Assembly (NCBI GenBank): GCA_051942205.1
Contig: JAVECO010000008.1
Span: forward strand, 62,001 to 126,000
From: Coniocarpon cinnabarinum
Lineage: Eukaryota
DNA: 64,000 nt
Direction of reading: 5' to 3'
In this document: in pieces, positions 34,867 through 45,716 of the stretch
Layout: every line of letters starts with the position of its first letter
How positions within the stretch are numbered: position 1 is the stretch's first letter
Translations under genes and position numbers: made by a program
The notes under the pieces: generated by a model
Database searches by the model: none
Seen by the model: only the letters and a program-made list of their open reading frames with translations
What the model was told of the DNA's origin: nothing

Positions 34867-36023
34867 TCAAACCTGGTTATCATCCTTCTTCCCCGTCGTC
34901 CGTCGCAACAACGGGCTCCTCTCTCCGGGACTCTGCGCCTCCGCCACACCCTCATCATCCTGTTCTCTCTCCTCCGCCGCTTCTTCAACAGTAATCCCCT
35001 TTTCCCTCGCGACCCTCCGATCCCGAACGTGAAACCACATCGCCATTCCCAACAGCACACCTTGCAGAATCGCCAGCACGACGTAGACAATCCACGTGCT
35101 CCAACCCTCCCATCCGAGTCGTGCAAACAGACTCGCCGCGAATACAAAGCCGCCGGGCGTCTGGACACACATCATCGGAACACTCAAACTGCCGACCTGT
35201 TGCAGTTTCCACGTCGTGTAGATTTGGGGAAAGTACTGGATCACGCCGCAGCCGGAGGCTATCAGGCCCATGGCGTTGGCGAAGGACTGCAGACGGGAGG
35301 GGTACGCGAAGGTGATGATGGCGCCGGCGAGGACGGTGGCGAAGAAGTGCATGGTACAGAAGGCGGTCACGGTGATGGCTTCTTTGGCTTGGGTGCTGAT
35401 GCAGCTGCGGCTGGGGCTGTTGCGGGGGATGAAGATGAGGAAGAGGAACATGCTGTTAAGAACTTGTTAGCGCTGCGCTTACAACTGCCTGGGTGGGCCT
35501 TTTTAGGGGGGTACGAGGAAGCAATAGAGAAGATGACACGTACATGAGGAAGAAACAGGCCCATTGCATGCTGATCTGTGCAATGCCCAGTAGACCCGCG
35601 GTACAGCTGAAGCGGCTATTGACTTTGCAGCAGGCGGCGTCATCTCGACTCGTGGGCAGCGTGAGGATATTGGCAATGGCGCAGGTGCCGGCGACTGCTC
35701 CTAAAAGAACCCAGTACGAGGAGAGACCTTCAGAGGAACGGCGGGCGATGATGCGGTAGTGTTGGGGGAGGTAGGAGAGGACGAGGCCAATGAGGATGAT
35801 GCTGTGGGGGGGGGAGTCTGTCAGCAACGTTGGTCTTCTTTGGTTCAAGACGGGGGAAGTGATAGTCTCTTCGCGTGATTCCGGCATTGAAACACGCGTT
35901 TTACAGGGACAAGTGTGTGGAGGGGCCCACGTACAGAGAGACGACGAAGTTGGCAATGTCCGGGTCGGCGAGCTCATTGCAGCGTTCGCGGTTGACGAAG
36001 GGGGGTTTCTGTTGGGAGGCCAT
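34867..36023 (-). CDS. PQ-loop repeat membrane transporter, 3 exons
   Basis: Two PQ motifs (SYLPQHYRI..SSEGLS; QYFPQIYTTW..VGSLS) and a C-terminal dileucine ERSPLL. Confidence 0.9.
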
Positions 36024-37030
36024 GGCGGCAGAGTAAGAGGGCTCTGTGTAAAGTGGCGAGAGCAAGGGCGAGTAAGCGTGGAGCGGTAATCTATGGGGGA
36101 ATAGCAAAGCAGAAGAAGTGAGATGAGGCGTGCAGTCGAGAACAGGTAAGTAGGTAGCAGAGACAGGCCGAGAGAGAGAATGGGTGGTGGACGGTGGACA
36201 CGGGGCAGCTACGTCACTTTCTGTACCGCTGGGAGTCCGGGAGTGGAAGTATATTTCGAGGTCCGTGCGTGGGGAGTGGAGCCCTTGCATGAGTGTCTGG
36301 CCCAGTGTGGCACAGCGCCCTCAACGTGCAACTTCCCCCCCCCAGGCAGCCGATCGTGATCCGCAGCTACACATTCAGCATAGATCCACACGTAGCGCCC
36401 TCGTTGCTGCTGCTCTTTCGGCGCAACACTACGCGAACGCTGCAGTCCAGCTGGGGATTGTGTGCTGGGCAGGGGTAGCTGACTCGGAAGCGTGACCCGC
36501 TCTGGCCTCGACCTGGCCCTTCACGGGACTCATTGGGGCAGCGCTGGGCGCACCACCTGAGCAGCGAACAAAGAAATACTGTTGTTGTGCGTGTGTGCGC
36601 GTGCGTGGGTGTGGTACCGTAAGAGGCTGATGTGCAGAAGGGACCCTTTTCTGCCTCGGGGGATCTGTGTCTGCTACCACCCGTGTGGTGGGCTGTATCT
36701 AGATCGTCGCTCGTACCGAGATACAAATGCTCTCGAGCACAGCAGCTGGACAATGACTCGCCCGAGCAACACTGCACCTGATAGCTTGCGGGACGCCTGC
36801 CAGCTATGGCATGCTCGAGCTCGCTGACTTTTTCTGCTCCGATACGACCTCTGCTCTCGTGGCTCTGCATGGATAGCATCATCGTTCCACGCGGACGAAC
36901 CAAGATCTGACTGAGATCCAATGCAGTGCGGGCCGTAAAGCATGCTCTATTACCAGGTATCACGTACGCTCTCCATACAAACAATCATGTGCTCGCTCGA
37001 ATCAAAACATCAAACCCGCGCTACCCGTGC

Positions 37031-37967
37031 TCAAAACATCATCAACGCAGCTCCTACTCCCACCACTGCTCCGAACATCGGCGCCCCGCGAATGTCGGCC
37101 GCATTGCCCGTCGCGCTGGCAGAGCCACTGGCACCGCTGCCTGTCGACGACGCGCCCGCATTTGACCCCTTTGATCCGGAGGAAGCACCGCTCTGTGACG
37201 CCGTCGCTGATGCGCTGCCGCTGCCACCACTGCCTGTAGACGTCGCGCTGGTGCTGGCCAGTTTCTCCGTGCCCGCGGTGACGACGACGGGGAGAACAGC
37301 GTAATCGGTGCTCTGAGGCGTGTAGATGCTCGTGCCGGGAAAGTTGGCCTCGCTGCCGGTGGCGACTTCGGTACTGCGCGACACATGTTAGTATACATAG
37401 CCTCGCGTGTGTGGTCAAACAGTATAGCACTCACCATCGGCCTGGGATGGTCGACGAGGTCATCTCGCAGTGCACCGAGTCGCTGAACGCGTCTCCCATC
37501 ACGACACTGGCGTCCCACGCCGACGGCGCCGCAGTGATGGTCGCGTTGTACGTCCCACAGTCATCAGATGACGTGCCAGGCGCGCAGCCAAGCAAGTACG
37601 TCGTCGCCGACGGCGAAGCGTCCACCACAGAGGCCACGAGCGGTTGTGGATCCGTACCGTACATGAACAGAGAGACGGTCGGTCCGGGCGGCATGGAAAC
37701 ACTGACCGGGGTGCTGGAAACAGAGTAACTCGCGTTGGGATCATTGGGGCTAAAGGGCTGGCCGTCAATGGTGCCGTCGGATGAGTCGTCCGCGCTGGAG
37801 TCGTCGCTGCCGGTGGGGTCGCTAGAGCCGTCGTAGTCGTCGGAGGAGTCGTCGCTGGTGCTGTCGTCAGCGCTGGGAGTTGGGTCAGCGCCGGTGCTGG
37901 TGGTGGTTTGCGCGATGGCGCTGCTGGCGAGCAGGCCGAGGAGCGCAAGTACGAGACGTTTTTGCAT
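37031..37967 (-). CDS. GPI-anchored Ser/Thr-rich cell-wall protein, 2 exons
   Basis: Signal peptide MQKRLVLALLGLLASSAIAQ, Asp/Ser-rich segment, TTYLLGC..DDCG, S/T/G-rich stalk, GNAA omega site and hydrophobic tail. Confidence 0.85.
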
Positions 37968-39576
37968 CTTGTCGTGTGGCAACGAGTGAGTGATTAGCAG
38001 AAATAATCAGAATTACTTTTGAACGAAGGACTGTAGGCAGAGAGCGAATGGAGGGCAAATTAGTATATTGGTACGCAAATGTTGGAATAGAGAATAACGG
38101 ACAGCGCCGCTGCTTATATATGATCGTTAGTAATTACGGCATAGGAGGTGAGAGGCACACAGCCTCCATTGCCCATCCCACGATCCTACGCTTGACTCCT
38201 CGTCTTATCTCGAGTCAGCATGGTCGCGAATCCTGTCGAAGCCTAAAGTCCCCTGATATGGAGTAAAATAGCTGCATAGGGATTAGCCTCCCGGTGACGC
38301 CGGCACTTGCAGCCCTGCGGTTTCAAAATAGATTGGGAATTCGGAGCGCCAAGAGCCAATGCCTGATCGCCGTGGAAATTGCGTGTGAGTATGTCACGTG
38401 GATGGCCTCGGCTATGCGGAGGGTTCTTGAACGCTTGAACCACAACACCATCTTTTGCATGATGGACATGCTTCATCTACTCTTTGAGAGGGCTTGCTGG
38501 GCGAGGAGGTTGCGGAGAAAGGCTCCAGCCGCTGTGACGCCGCGATGACGACTTCGCAGCCATGCCTTACAGACCGCGCCGTTCCCTCTGTGCTACGTAT
38601 GGATCTAGCACTTGCCACTGTGCAGACTGCAAGGATACATTGCTGTTGCGCAAAATCCTTCAAGCTGCTGCGACGGTCCGGCGACATTATTTGCGGTACT
38701 CTCAACACAAGCATCGATGCTTTAGCGACGAGCTCAAGCATAAGTTCGGGAGTCCCGGCACTACAGCAAATGAGCCTTGGCATTGTAGACGAGAAATTCA
38801 TTAATTTCTCAGAATAGCGCGAGTTTGTGTTTTTCCACGTTCTCATTGCGACGGTTGATGGGCTGCACAGAATAGAGCCCTGTTGGCACACAAAATCTAT
38901 TGAAATCTGTGCATTATTTGGCTGATTTGCGATTTTGCTCAACATCTTAGAGTCTTGTTCTGTGCTTGTTGGGCTGGAGGACGGCGCGCACATGTGTCAT
39001 CTATTCCCAAATCTCTTCACACTGCTACACTTTCTCATACTCAACGACGTTTCTTGCATTTTTCGTTAATTGCTGAATTGGATTTTGCTTCGCTGCGTCA
39101 AATTGTTAACACAGCGCATGCTCATACCTTTTCTTGCGAATCGACATTCTTGAGACGAGTTCCAGATAAGATTTCATTGATCAGGATGATCAGGATTTAC
39201 TGAATGACGTGCTCCATTACTAAGAGAAGTACTGACCAGCACGACGCGTCAATTGCGTCTCTAGACAGCAAAATCTTACAAGATGTTGTATAGATCCTTT
39301 CCTTGGTCCTGCTCGTCTACAGAATTGTCGTAGTTAGAGCGTAATCACATTATGTTATGAGTATGATCCTGTGAGTGTCAGAACAACGTCAGACGATTCG
39401 TGGGTTCTTGCCATGATATCACGCTGACTCTGGATGGCAACTCGTCTGAGCACAATTCAACATGTCATTTCGTCATTGTGACATTGCAGGAATGCACTTA
39501 CATCACGAAGTTGGTCTACGCATCAGCGCTCAGACTTCTAGTACCTACTCTCATCCAGTGTCAGAGCACCGCAGAA

Positions 39577-39584
39577 TATATATA
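39577..39584 (+). promoter_or_regulatory. TATA-like element upstream of the KP4-like gene
   Basis: TATATATA ~175 bp upstream of ATG 39757, followed by a CA-rich leader. Confidence 0.45.
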
Positions 39585-39756
39585 GTAACTCCCCGTTTGT
39601 CTGTCTCTCTTCACATTTTCAATTCTCCACTCCACACAATCAAGAGCACTCTCAAGAAGCTCATCCACGACACATCAACATCACAGCAAACTCACACACA
39701 TCGCACCACCCATTCCTCCCAACAAAACACTAACACCACACTAACACGAGCACAAA

Positions 39757-40452
39757 ATGGACATCCGCGGCCTCCTCTCGCTTCTCTTGCTGCTGCACCT
39801 CACCCCCCTCGCCGCAACCCTGGGGGTGAACTGCCGCGGCTCCAGAGAATGCCGCAAAGAGGAAAAAGACCTCGCCGCCCTCGCCGACGCCATGAACCGC
39901 TCCCTCGAAGCCGGCAACAACTGGTGGTACCACGAGCACGAGCACATCGCCTGCGTCCTGCACACCCACCGGCGGGGCAACACGTGCGCCTTCTTCGCCA
40001 AGGACGCCACCGGCTTCCTATCCGCAGCCTACGACTTGTTAAATCGCCTCATCGCGCACGGCTGCATCTCCTGCGGAAGCCAACCCATCTTCCCCGTCAA
40101 GAACAACGTCAAGTTCGGAGAACTCACCGTCAATTTCGTGAATCAGGACAAAGGAACGTGCGAGGTGGACTGTTCGAGCACGTGGAGCGACGCGCCCACT
40201 TACTGGACGTGTTTGAATTATGGCGGAAAAAGAGAGCCGCAGATTGAGGGGTGTCCGGAGAATAAATGGAATGGGGAGGGGGCTTGGAGCCGGTATGGGA
40301 AGTTGACGGAGCAGGCGTTGGGGGATATGCCGACGTATAGCGATCATCCCATTCCGGGGAAGGATCTGCCGCCGCCGGTGGAGAACGATGAGGAGTATGA
40401 GAAGAGAGGGGAGGTGGAGAAGGATTTGAAGGAGGCGGGATGGGTGGGGTGA
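39757..40452 (+). CDS. Secreted KP4 killer-toxin-like protein with C-terminal extension
   Basis: Signal peptide, then LGVNCRGS (mature KP4 begins LGINCRGS), HIAC, TCAF, HGCISCGSQP and GELTVNFV. Intronless. Confidence 0.88.
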   Translation: MDIRGLLSLLLLLHLTPLAATLGVNCRGSRECRKEEKDLAALADAMNRSLEAGNNWWYHEHEHIACVLHTHRRGNTCAFFAKDATGFLSAAYDLLNRLIAHGCISCGSQPIFPVKNNVKFGELTVNFVNQDKGTCEVDCSSTWSDAPTYWTCLNYGGKREPQIEGCPENKWNGEGAWSRYGKLTEQALGDMPTYSDHPIPGKDLPPPVENDEEYEKRGEVEKDLKEAGWVG

Positions 40453-40641
40453 GCTTGAGAGGTTGATGTTGGGGGATTTCTGGTTACGAACGAGTATGGC
40501 AACGGCTTTGTGCATTAGGGAAAGTTTGGAAATTGGCGTTCGGGATGGGTTGGATTTTGGGGTTGTACTGTATAGCATCACAAGCATGGCGAGCCTCACC
40601 ATACAGCATGGCTCTGCTGATGATTCAATGAACACATTGGT

Positions 40642-42969
40642 TTACCAACTTTGCTCTTCAGGTTTCGCCGCCACAGCGCCCTCTTCTCTCACCCCATCCA
40701 TCTCTTTCCTTTCCTCCAATTTGGCCTTCTTTCCTTTCTTCTTAACGCGCTCATCCCTTGGATCAAATCCTCCGTTGCCCCACAAAGCCCACTCCGGCGT
40801 CCTCGCCATATACTCCTCCGGTCTCACTCCTTCCATCCCATCAACACCCTCTCCACTTTCAAGGAGGGCGAAAAACCGCTCATAGTCGATTCCTGTCCAC
40901 CACGTGCCCTCTTTCCAAAACCGCCGATCCGCCATGAGAATGCAACAACTATGCGCATGCTCTGCCGCAATGCCATAGTCAAGCCCCCGCTCTTTACAGG
41001 CCCGTTCCAGCGCTTCAACGAACTGCACAACTTCCTCGTAGAATGGCACATTCTGCATTGTTAAACCTGCGCTTTTGGATGTGCTCGTGCCACAGTACGT
41101 CACTCCCTTGATCTCAACAAAACCGGGGAGTCCTCTCGCCACGAGATCGGCATAGCCTTGCGCCTCGGCCTCGACGTTGAAGCCTTTCACGAGGGTCAGA
41201 CGATAGACGGTGCGCTGTCGCCAGCGCTTTTCTTTGACGATGTCGAGGCAGCGGAGGAAGCGGGACCAGTAGTCGCGGTGGAGCGGTCGGTCGATTTTGC
41301 GCAAGGTGGTGGCGTCCGCCGCGTCGATGCTGACGTAGAGTTGAGTCACTGGCGCGAGCGACGCCAACTGATCAGGATGCTGCGCGTTGCACACGAGGAA
41401 CGAGCTGATCCGTTCGCCATGCAAGAGCGCTAGCAACTCGTTGATTCGCGGGTAGAAGATAGGCTCGCCCACCAAACTCAGAGCACAATGTCTAATCCTC
41501 AGCGCCTCTTCGAAGCGCTCCGCCCTTACCCCAGGAACACCGCGCATCATCCGAATCTTGTCAATGTGACCCTTCTTCATCCCCTCAAAAATCATGAGCG
41601 GGTCGTCGACGGCCCATCGCCACGTTGTCGAGACAGGATTCGTGCCATGACGCCAGCAAAAGACGCATTTATTGGAGCAGCTGAGCGACGGCGTGGCCTC
41701 CATGCAGTTGTGGCTCGCGATGTGGTAGAAGGAGTGTTTGTAGCAGGAGCCGCGGCCGCGAAGGGCAGACTTGGTCCAGCGGCAGATCTTGACGCCGCTG
41801 TGGGTGCCGACGATGGTGTAGCCTTGTTTGGTGAGAGAGGCGTGGGTCGGAGAGGTGGAGGGGACCATGGCGTTTGCAGAGGGGGTTGTGGTGAAGTCTA
41901 CGGGTGTGGACGACTTGGATTTTGTGGTAGTGGACTTTGAGGAGGAACCGCGAAATGAGGAGCCCAGGTTTTCTAGGTCGTCGAGGGTGCTAGATTTTCT
42001 TGCTTTGGGTCGACGAGCTGGTCTTGTGGTTTGTGCAGGCGGGGCGACGGCTTCGTCCTCGTCCTCGCTCTCGACAGCGTCTCCACTTCCCTCTACACCC
42101 TCACCCAGACCATTTCCCTGTGCCAAGGACTGCAGGACCTCGACGACTCCTCTTCTCCATTCCGTGATCCTTTGATCAGCATCAGTCCCTTTCACGTCGA
42201 CCGTCCCCAAGGGATAAGCCCGCTTTCTTCGCGTCAATTTCGCCATCCAGCGATCTGCTTCTCGCGCCTGAGCACAAAACCCTTCCTCCTCCGTCGGCCA
42301 GCCTTCTCGATCCCCAAATCCAAGGACGGCGTATCCAGACAGGTTGACCAATGGAGCTGTGTCGACGCGGAAGTCATAGTGCGTCTCTTGCAGATGAGAC
42401 AAAAACGTAGTCAGATTCGTGTCGATGTTGTAAGTGGGGACGAGAACGATATAGAAATAGGCGATATTGGCGGACGATTTAGGCTCAGTAGTAAAGTAAT
42501 CATCGAGTTCGATTTCAGCCATATCGAAGAGCTTTGGAGCAAGAATGGTATCATGTGATTGTGCCACGGCAGTAGCGACGTTCTCAGAAAGGTCTGCGCA
42601 GAAGATCTTTGCGTACGTTTCCGTGGCGCCAGCTATAGAAGCGTAAAAGACGACGGGCTGGATTCGAGCGCTTTTTAGGTGCTTATCATGCCATGATACA
42701 GGTTTGCTAGGCTTCGAACCAGTGACTGTCCGAGCTGGAACTTTGGGTCTCGCCATGCTCTTCGCTGTGTCGCTGCTGGTGGGTTTTGTGTCTTGGCTTA
42801 GAGGGAGACCAGCCTTTTCATTGCACGCATCCTGCTCTTTAAGCGATTGACTTGTAACATACCAATGGAGTACAAGTAGTAGGCAAAATACGACTGGAAG
42901 AAAGAGAAATCTGTATTCGTGCCATATCGACAGCAGATATCCAGATCCACTGGCGTCGTTGCTCGTCAT
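40642..42969 (-). CDS. TYW1: tRNA wybutosine synthesis radical-SAM flavoprotein
   Basis: N-terminal transmembrane segment, flavodoxin domain, SLTKQGYTIVGTHSGVKICRWTK, CSNKCVFCWRH radical-SAM motif, HCALSLVGEP, EHAHSCC. Confidence 0.96.
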   Translation of the reverse strand: MTSNDASGSGYLLSIWHEYRFLFLPVVFCLLLVLHWYVTSQSLKEQDACNEKAGLPLSQDTKPTSSDTAKSMARPKVPARTVTGSKPSKPVSWHDKHLKSARIQPVVFYASIAGATETYAKIFCADLSENVATAVAQSHDTILAPKLFDMAEIELDDYFTTEPKSSANIAYFYIVLVPTYNIDTNLTTFLSHLQETHYDFRVDTAPLVNLSGYAVLGFGDREGWPTEEEGFCAQAREADRWMAKLTRRKRAYPLGTVDVKGTDADQRITEWRRGVVEVLQSLAQGNGLGEGVEGSGDAVESEDEDEAVAPPAQTTRPARRPKARKSSTLDDLENLGSSFRGSSSKSTTTKSKSSTPVDFTTTPSANAMVPSTSPTHASLTKQGYTIVGTHSGVKICRWTKSALRGRGSCYKHSFYHIASHNCMEATPSLSCSNKCVFCWRHGTNPVSTTWRWAVDDPLMIFEGMKKGHIDKIRMMRGVPGVRAERFEEALRIRHCALSLVGEPIFYPRINELLALLHGERISSFLVCNAQHPDQLASLAPVTQLYVSIDAADATTLRKIDRPLHRDYWSRFLRCLDIVKEKRWRQRTVYRLTLVKGFNVEAEAQGYADLVARGLPGFVEIKGVTYCGTSTSKSAGLTMQNVPFYEEVVQFVEALERACKERGLDYGIAAEHAHSCCILMADRRFWKEGTWWTGIDYERFFALLESGEGVDGMEGVRPEEYMARTPEWALWGNGGFDPRDERVKKKGKKAKLEERKEMDGVREEGAVAAKPEEQSW

Positions 42970-43699
42970 GGCTGCTACGATTCAACGTTTCTGCGACCTC
43001 GTCAAATTTGCATACTGCCTTCGATCAGCGTGTAATAATCGTGCAAGTCATATCGCAATGCTGGTTGATCTTCTTTATCGGTTCAACATAGAAATCCTCT
43101 CCCCTCGAGAAATGAATATCGAGCTCTTTCTGGTGCCTGGTTTGGTTAGGTTAGAGTACGGCAAGAGCCGGTCCGTAGACCTTGAATGCTTATGTAAGTC
43201 CGACGGTGGAGCCACGCATCACGTGACATTATCTGTTGCGGTGCTGCAGTTCTGTGGGTCCTTCTCCCTACTCCCTGACCACGACTACCGCGACTCTCCC
43301 TGCAAGGTCTGGCATTAACAGCCGCAAGCACTTCACAGTCGATTGAATTTCCGAGGAGGCTCAAACGTCACTAATAAAATCAAGCGGGTCACTTTGAATA
43401 GGTAATATCTCCGTTCCTCGTGCCATCAGTCGCTCGTGGCTGCCTGGAGAAACTAGACTTTGCTATAGCGTAGCTATTCCTGGATGTGGTAACATCACGA
43501 TACATAGCCGAACATGTGACACTGGCAATATGCACTGCCTTCATGCATTCGAACGTGAGCTGCATTTCCACATCTAGTTCAAATTACATTCAAACCAGCT
43601 CTCCCGCTGCAATAAGCTTCGAAACTCACTGCATGACGACTCAAAGGTGCCTGGGTTTCGCGTGAAGGAACGAGCCCTTTCAAGAGGGGATATCGTGCC

Positions 43700-44024
43700 T
43701 CGAAACAGTTCTACGAAGGGGGAAATTCTCGCTCCATGCCCGAAATTTGGTGCAGGGAATGAAGAATCCCTCTTTTCACGTATATGCTGAGCGCGAAAAT
43801 TCCGCTCCATTTCAAGAATGCCTTCGACTTGGTCAAGAAATCCATGATCAAATTGCGATCAGCTAGTTGCGTTCTATCAAGCTCGAAATGGAAGCATCCA
43901 AACTGCTGCAAAGCTGCCAGAAGCTTCGAGTACTGAAGGGTTTTCCCATTAAGGAGCTTCTTGTGCGAAATTTGGGTAGAGCACTGTTTGGCGGATGCTC
44001 TGGAAATGGAGGAAGAGTAGCCAT
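43700..44024 (-). pseudogene. Frameshifted remnant of a 2-oxoglutarate/Fe(II) dioxygenase (DIOX_N region)
   Basis: MATLPPFPEHPPNSALPK continues, after a 1-nt frameshift, as ISHKKLLNGKTLQYSKLLAALQQFGCFHFEL. This matches the PPFP..L..IS..KLL..LF.AC..GFFYLDL pattern. Further frameshifts and stops follow. Confidence 0.6.
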
Positions 44025-44306
44025 AGATGTAGAGTTGATGACCCCGAATGATCTACGGATTGTTTCTAGCTCTAAAAGAAATACTTGACTTACGGACTGT
44101 GCGTTGCGCTCAGCAGGCAGAGAGCATGTAAGGTGTACCCAGAGTAAATAGCACCATCCTAACCTTTCAATGATGCATATACAGCCGCCGAAGCTAGCAT
44201 AGTCGAAAAAAGCTGACGCATGCAGCTGCAATGAGGCGTATTTGCTCGTGCAAATGGGAAGCTTTTACCGTAACTTTCTTCAGGTATTGTCGATCAGAGC
44301 TGAATC

Positions 44307-45222
44307 TCAGATGCGAGTGACTGAAAACCAGAACATGGTCATGCCCGGGTCATTTTTCGCCCACCAAGCGGAGCGACTAGCCTCCACAGCGGAAGAGTGG
44401 ATCTCATGATAGTCAACATTCCACTGAGTACCTGTTTCTTGCCCAACTTGCTCCCAGAACTTCTCCCAAGTGTTTCGACTGTGTCGATAGTGAAAGCCGC
44501 TATTAGCACAGATCTTGAGAATAGCATAAGTCGCGCCATCCCTACTACCAACTTGCGTTCCCGAAATGGTGGATCCAGGGCCGCGTGTCAGAGCTACAAC
44601 ATTCTTTGCTACCGTAATCTGGCCGGCCCAGTCCCAGCAATGAAAGAATTGCGAGGCGTGTATCAGGTCGAGCTTTCCTTTCAGTTGACTATAGGTAGGA
44701 TCGTGGGCAGGGTCAAGCAAGTCCGTCGCGAAGAACGTCGCTTTGAGTGTGCTACGATCTCGGAACAAATCGTAGCTGAGATCCATCAACCCGGCTTGAA
44801 TGTCTACTCCATACAGCTGCGACGAGTTGACACCATATGCGAAGACTAGAAACCGTATGTCCTGTCCAAGTCCGCATCCAACATCAAGCAATGTCGCGCC
44901 TTGCCGCAGACGAGGCAGATAGTTGGTCTCCAGGTATGGTGTCGATGGCCACACGTTGCCGAGGAACCTTACTTGACCCACACATGGATAGGGGCTGATT
45001 TTGAAGGCTCGATCACGCTGAAGTGCAGCCGTCAGCCTAGACACGTGAAGTATGGTGCGACCTCGTTGCGCCTACTATGCTGAGGATATGCAGCAACAGC
45101 TCATCTTGTGCCAGACCACTATATTTTGTCAATAACGCCTGGCCTGCGGGAGGAATTTCGTCAAGTGTGACAGTGCGGCGATAGTCCAGATCGGGACCTT
45201 CTTGTGACTCCGAAGCAGACAT
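44307..45222 (-). CDS. Class I SAM-dependent methyltransferase (AusD-like fungal family), 2 exons
   Basis: LLTKYSG..HI|RDRAF..PYPCVGQVRF, LLDVGCGLGQDIRFL, LYGVD, SQFFHCWDW. Confidence 0.88.
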
Positions 45223-45716
45223 TCTCAGATTGTTTGAAGGAACAAGGGAAACCGGCGGAGGGGCCAGATCAGCCAATTTACGGTCAAGCAAGGCAGCCGC
45301 AGGGCATATGGTCACGGGAGACACGTGCTACAGGCCGTTTTGGTAGCGCTAAATAAACGATGCACCAATCTGTTTGAACACCACTTGCAGAGTTTAGTGA
45401 CGAAGCGTACTTATGGTCGTGGACATGTTTCATGAGGATTGCATTGGATTGTGGTACAAAATCACAGTATGGAGCAGGCGGCCGCTATCTGTATGTGCGG
45501 TGCCAAGAAAGGTGGCACGAGACGATGGGCTGGGTCGACATGCACTCAAAGAAAACGAGGAGCTGAGCTGCGTGAAACACATCACATGTTTAGTGGAAAA
45601 CCTGAAGTGTTCTGTAACTCAATGGTAGATTAGGCATCTTGAAATGCTCGTGGGTATCAGATATGCAATCAGTTGTCTCATTAGAGGATCGCCCTCAGCT
45701 CTTGGGCACCAGCCCC

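Noticed and set aside
38240..38260. AAAGTCCCC resembling RNase MRP RNA CR-I
   Set aside because: No downstream complementary GGGGCT CR-V partner found.
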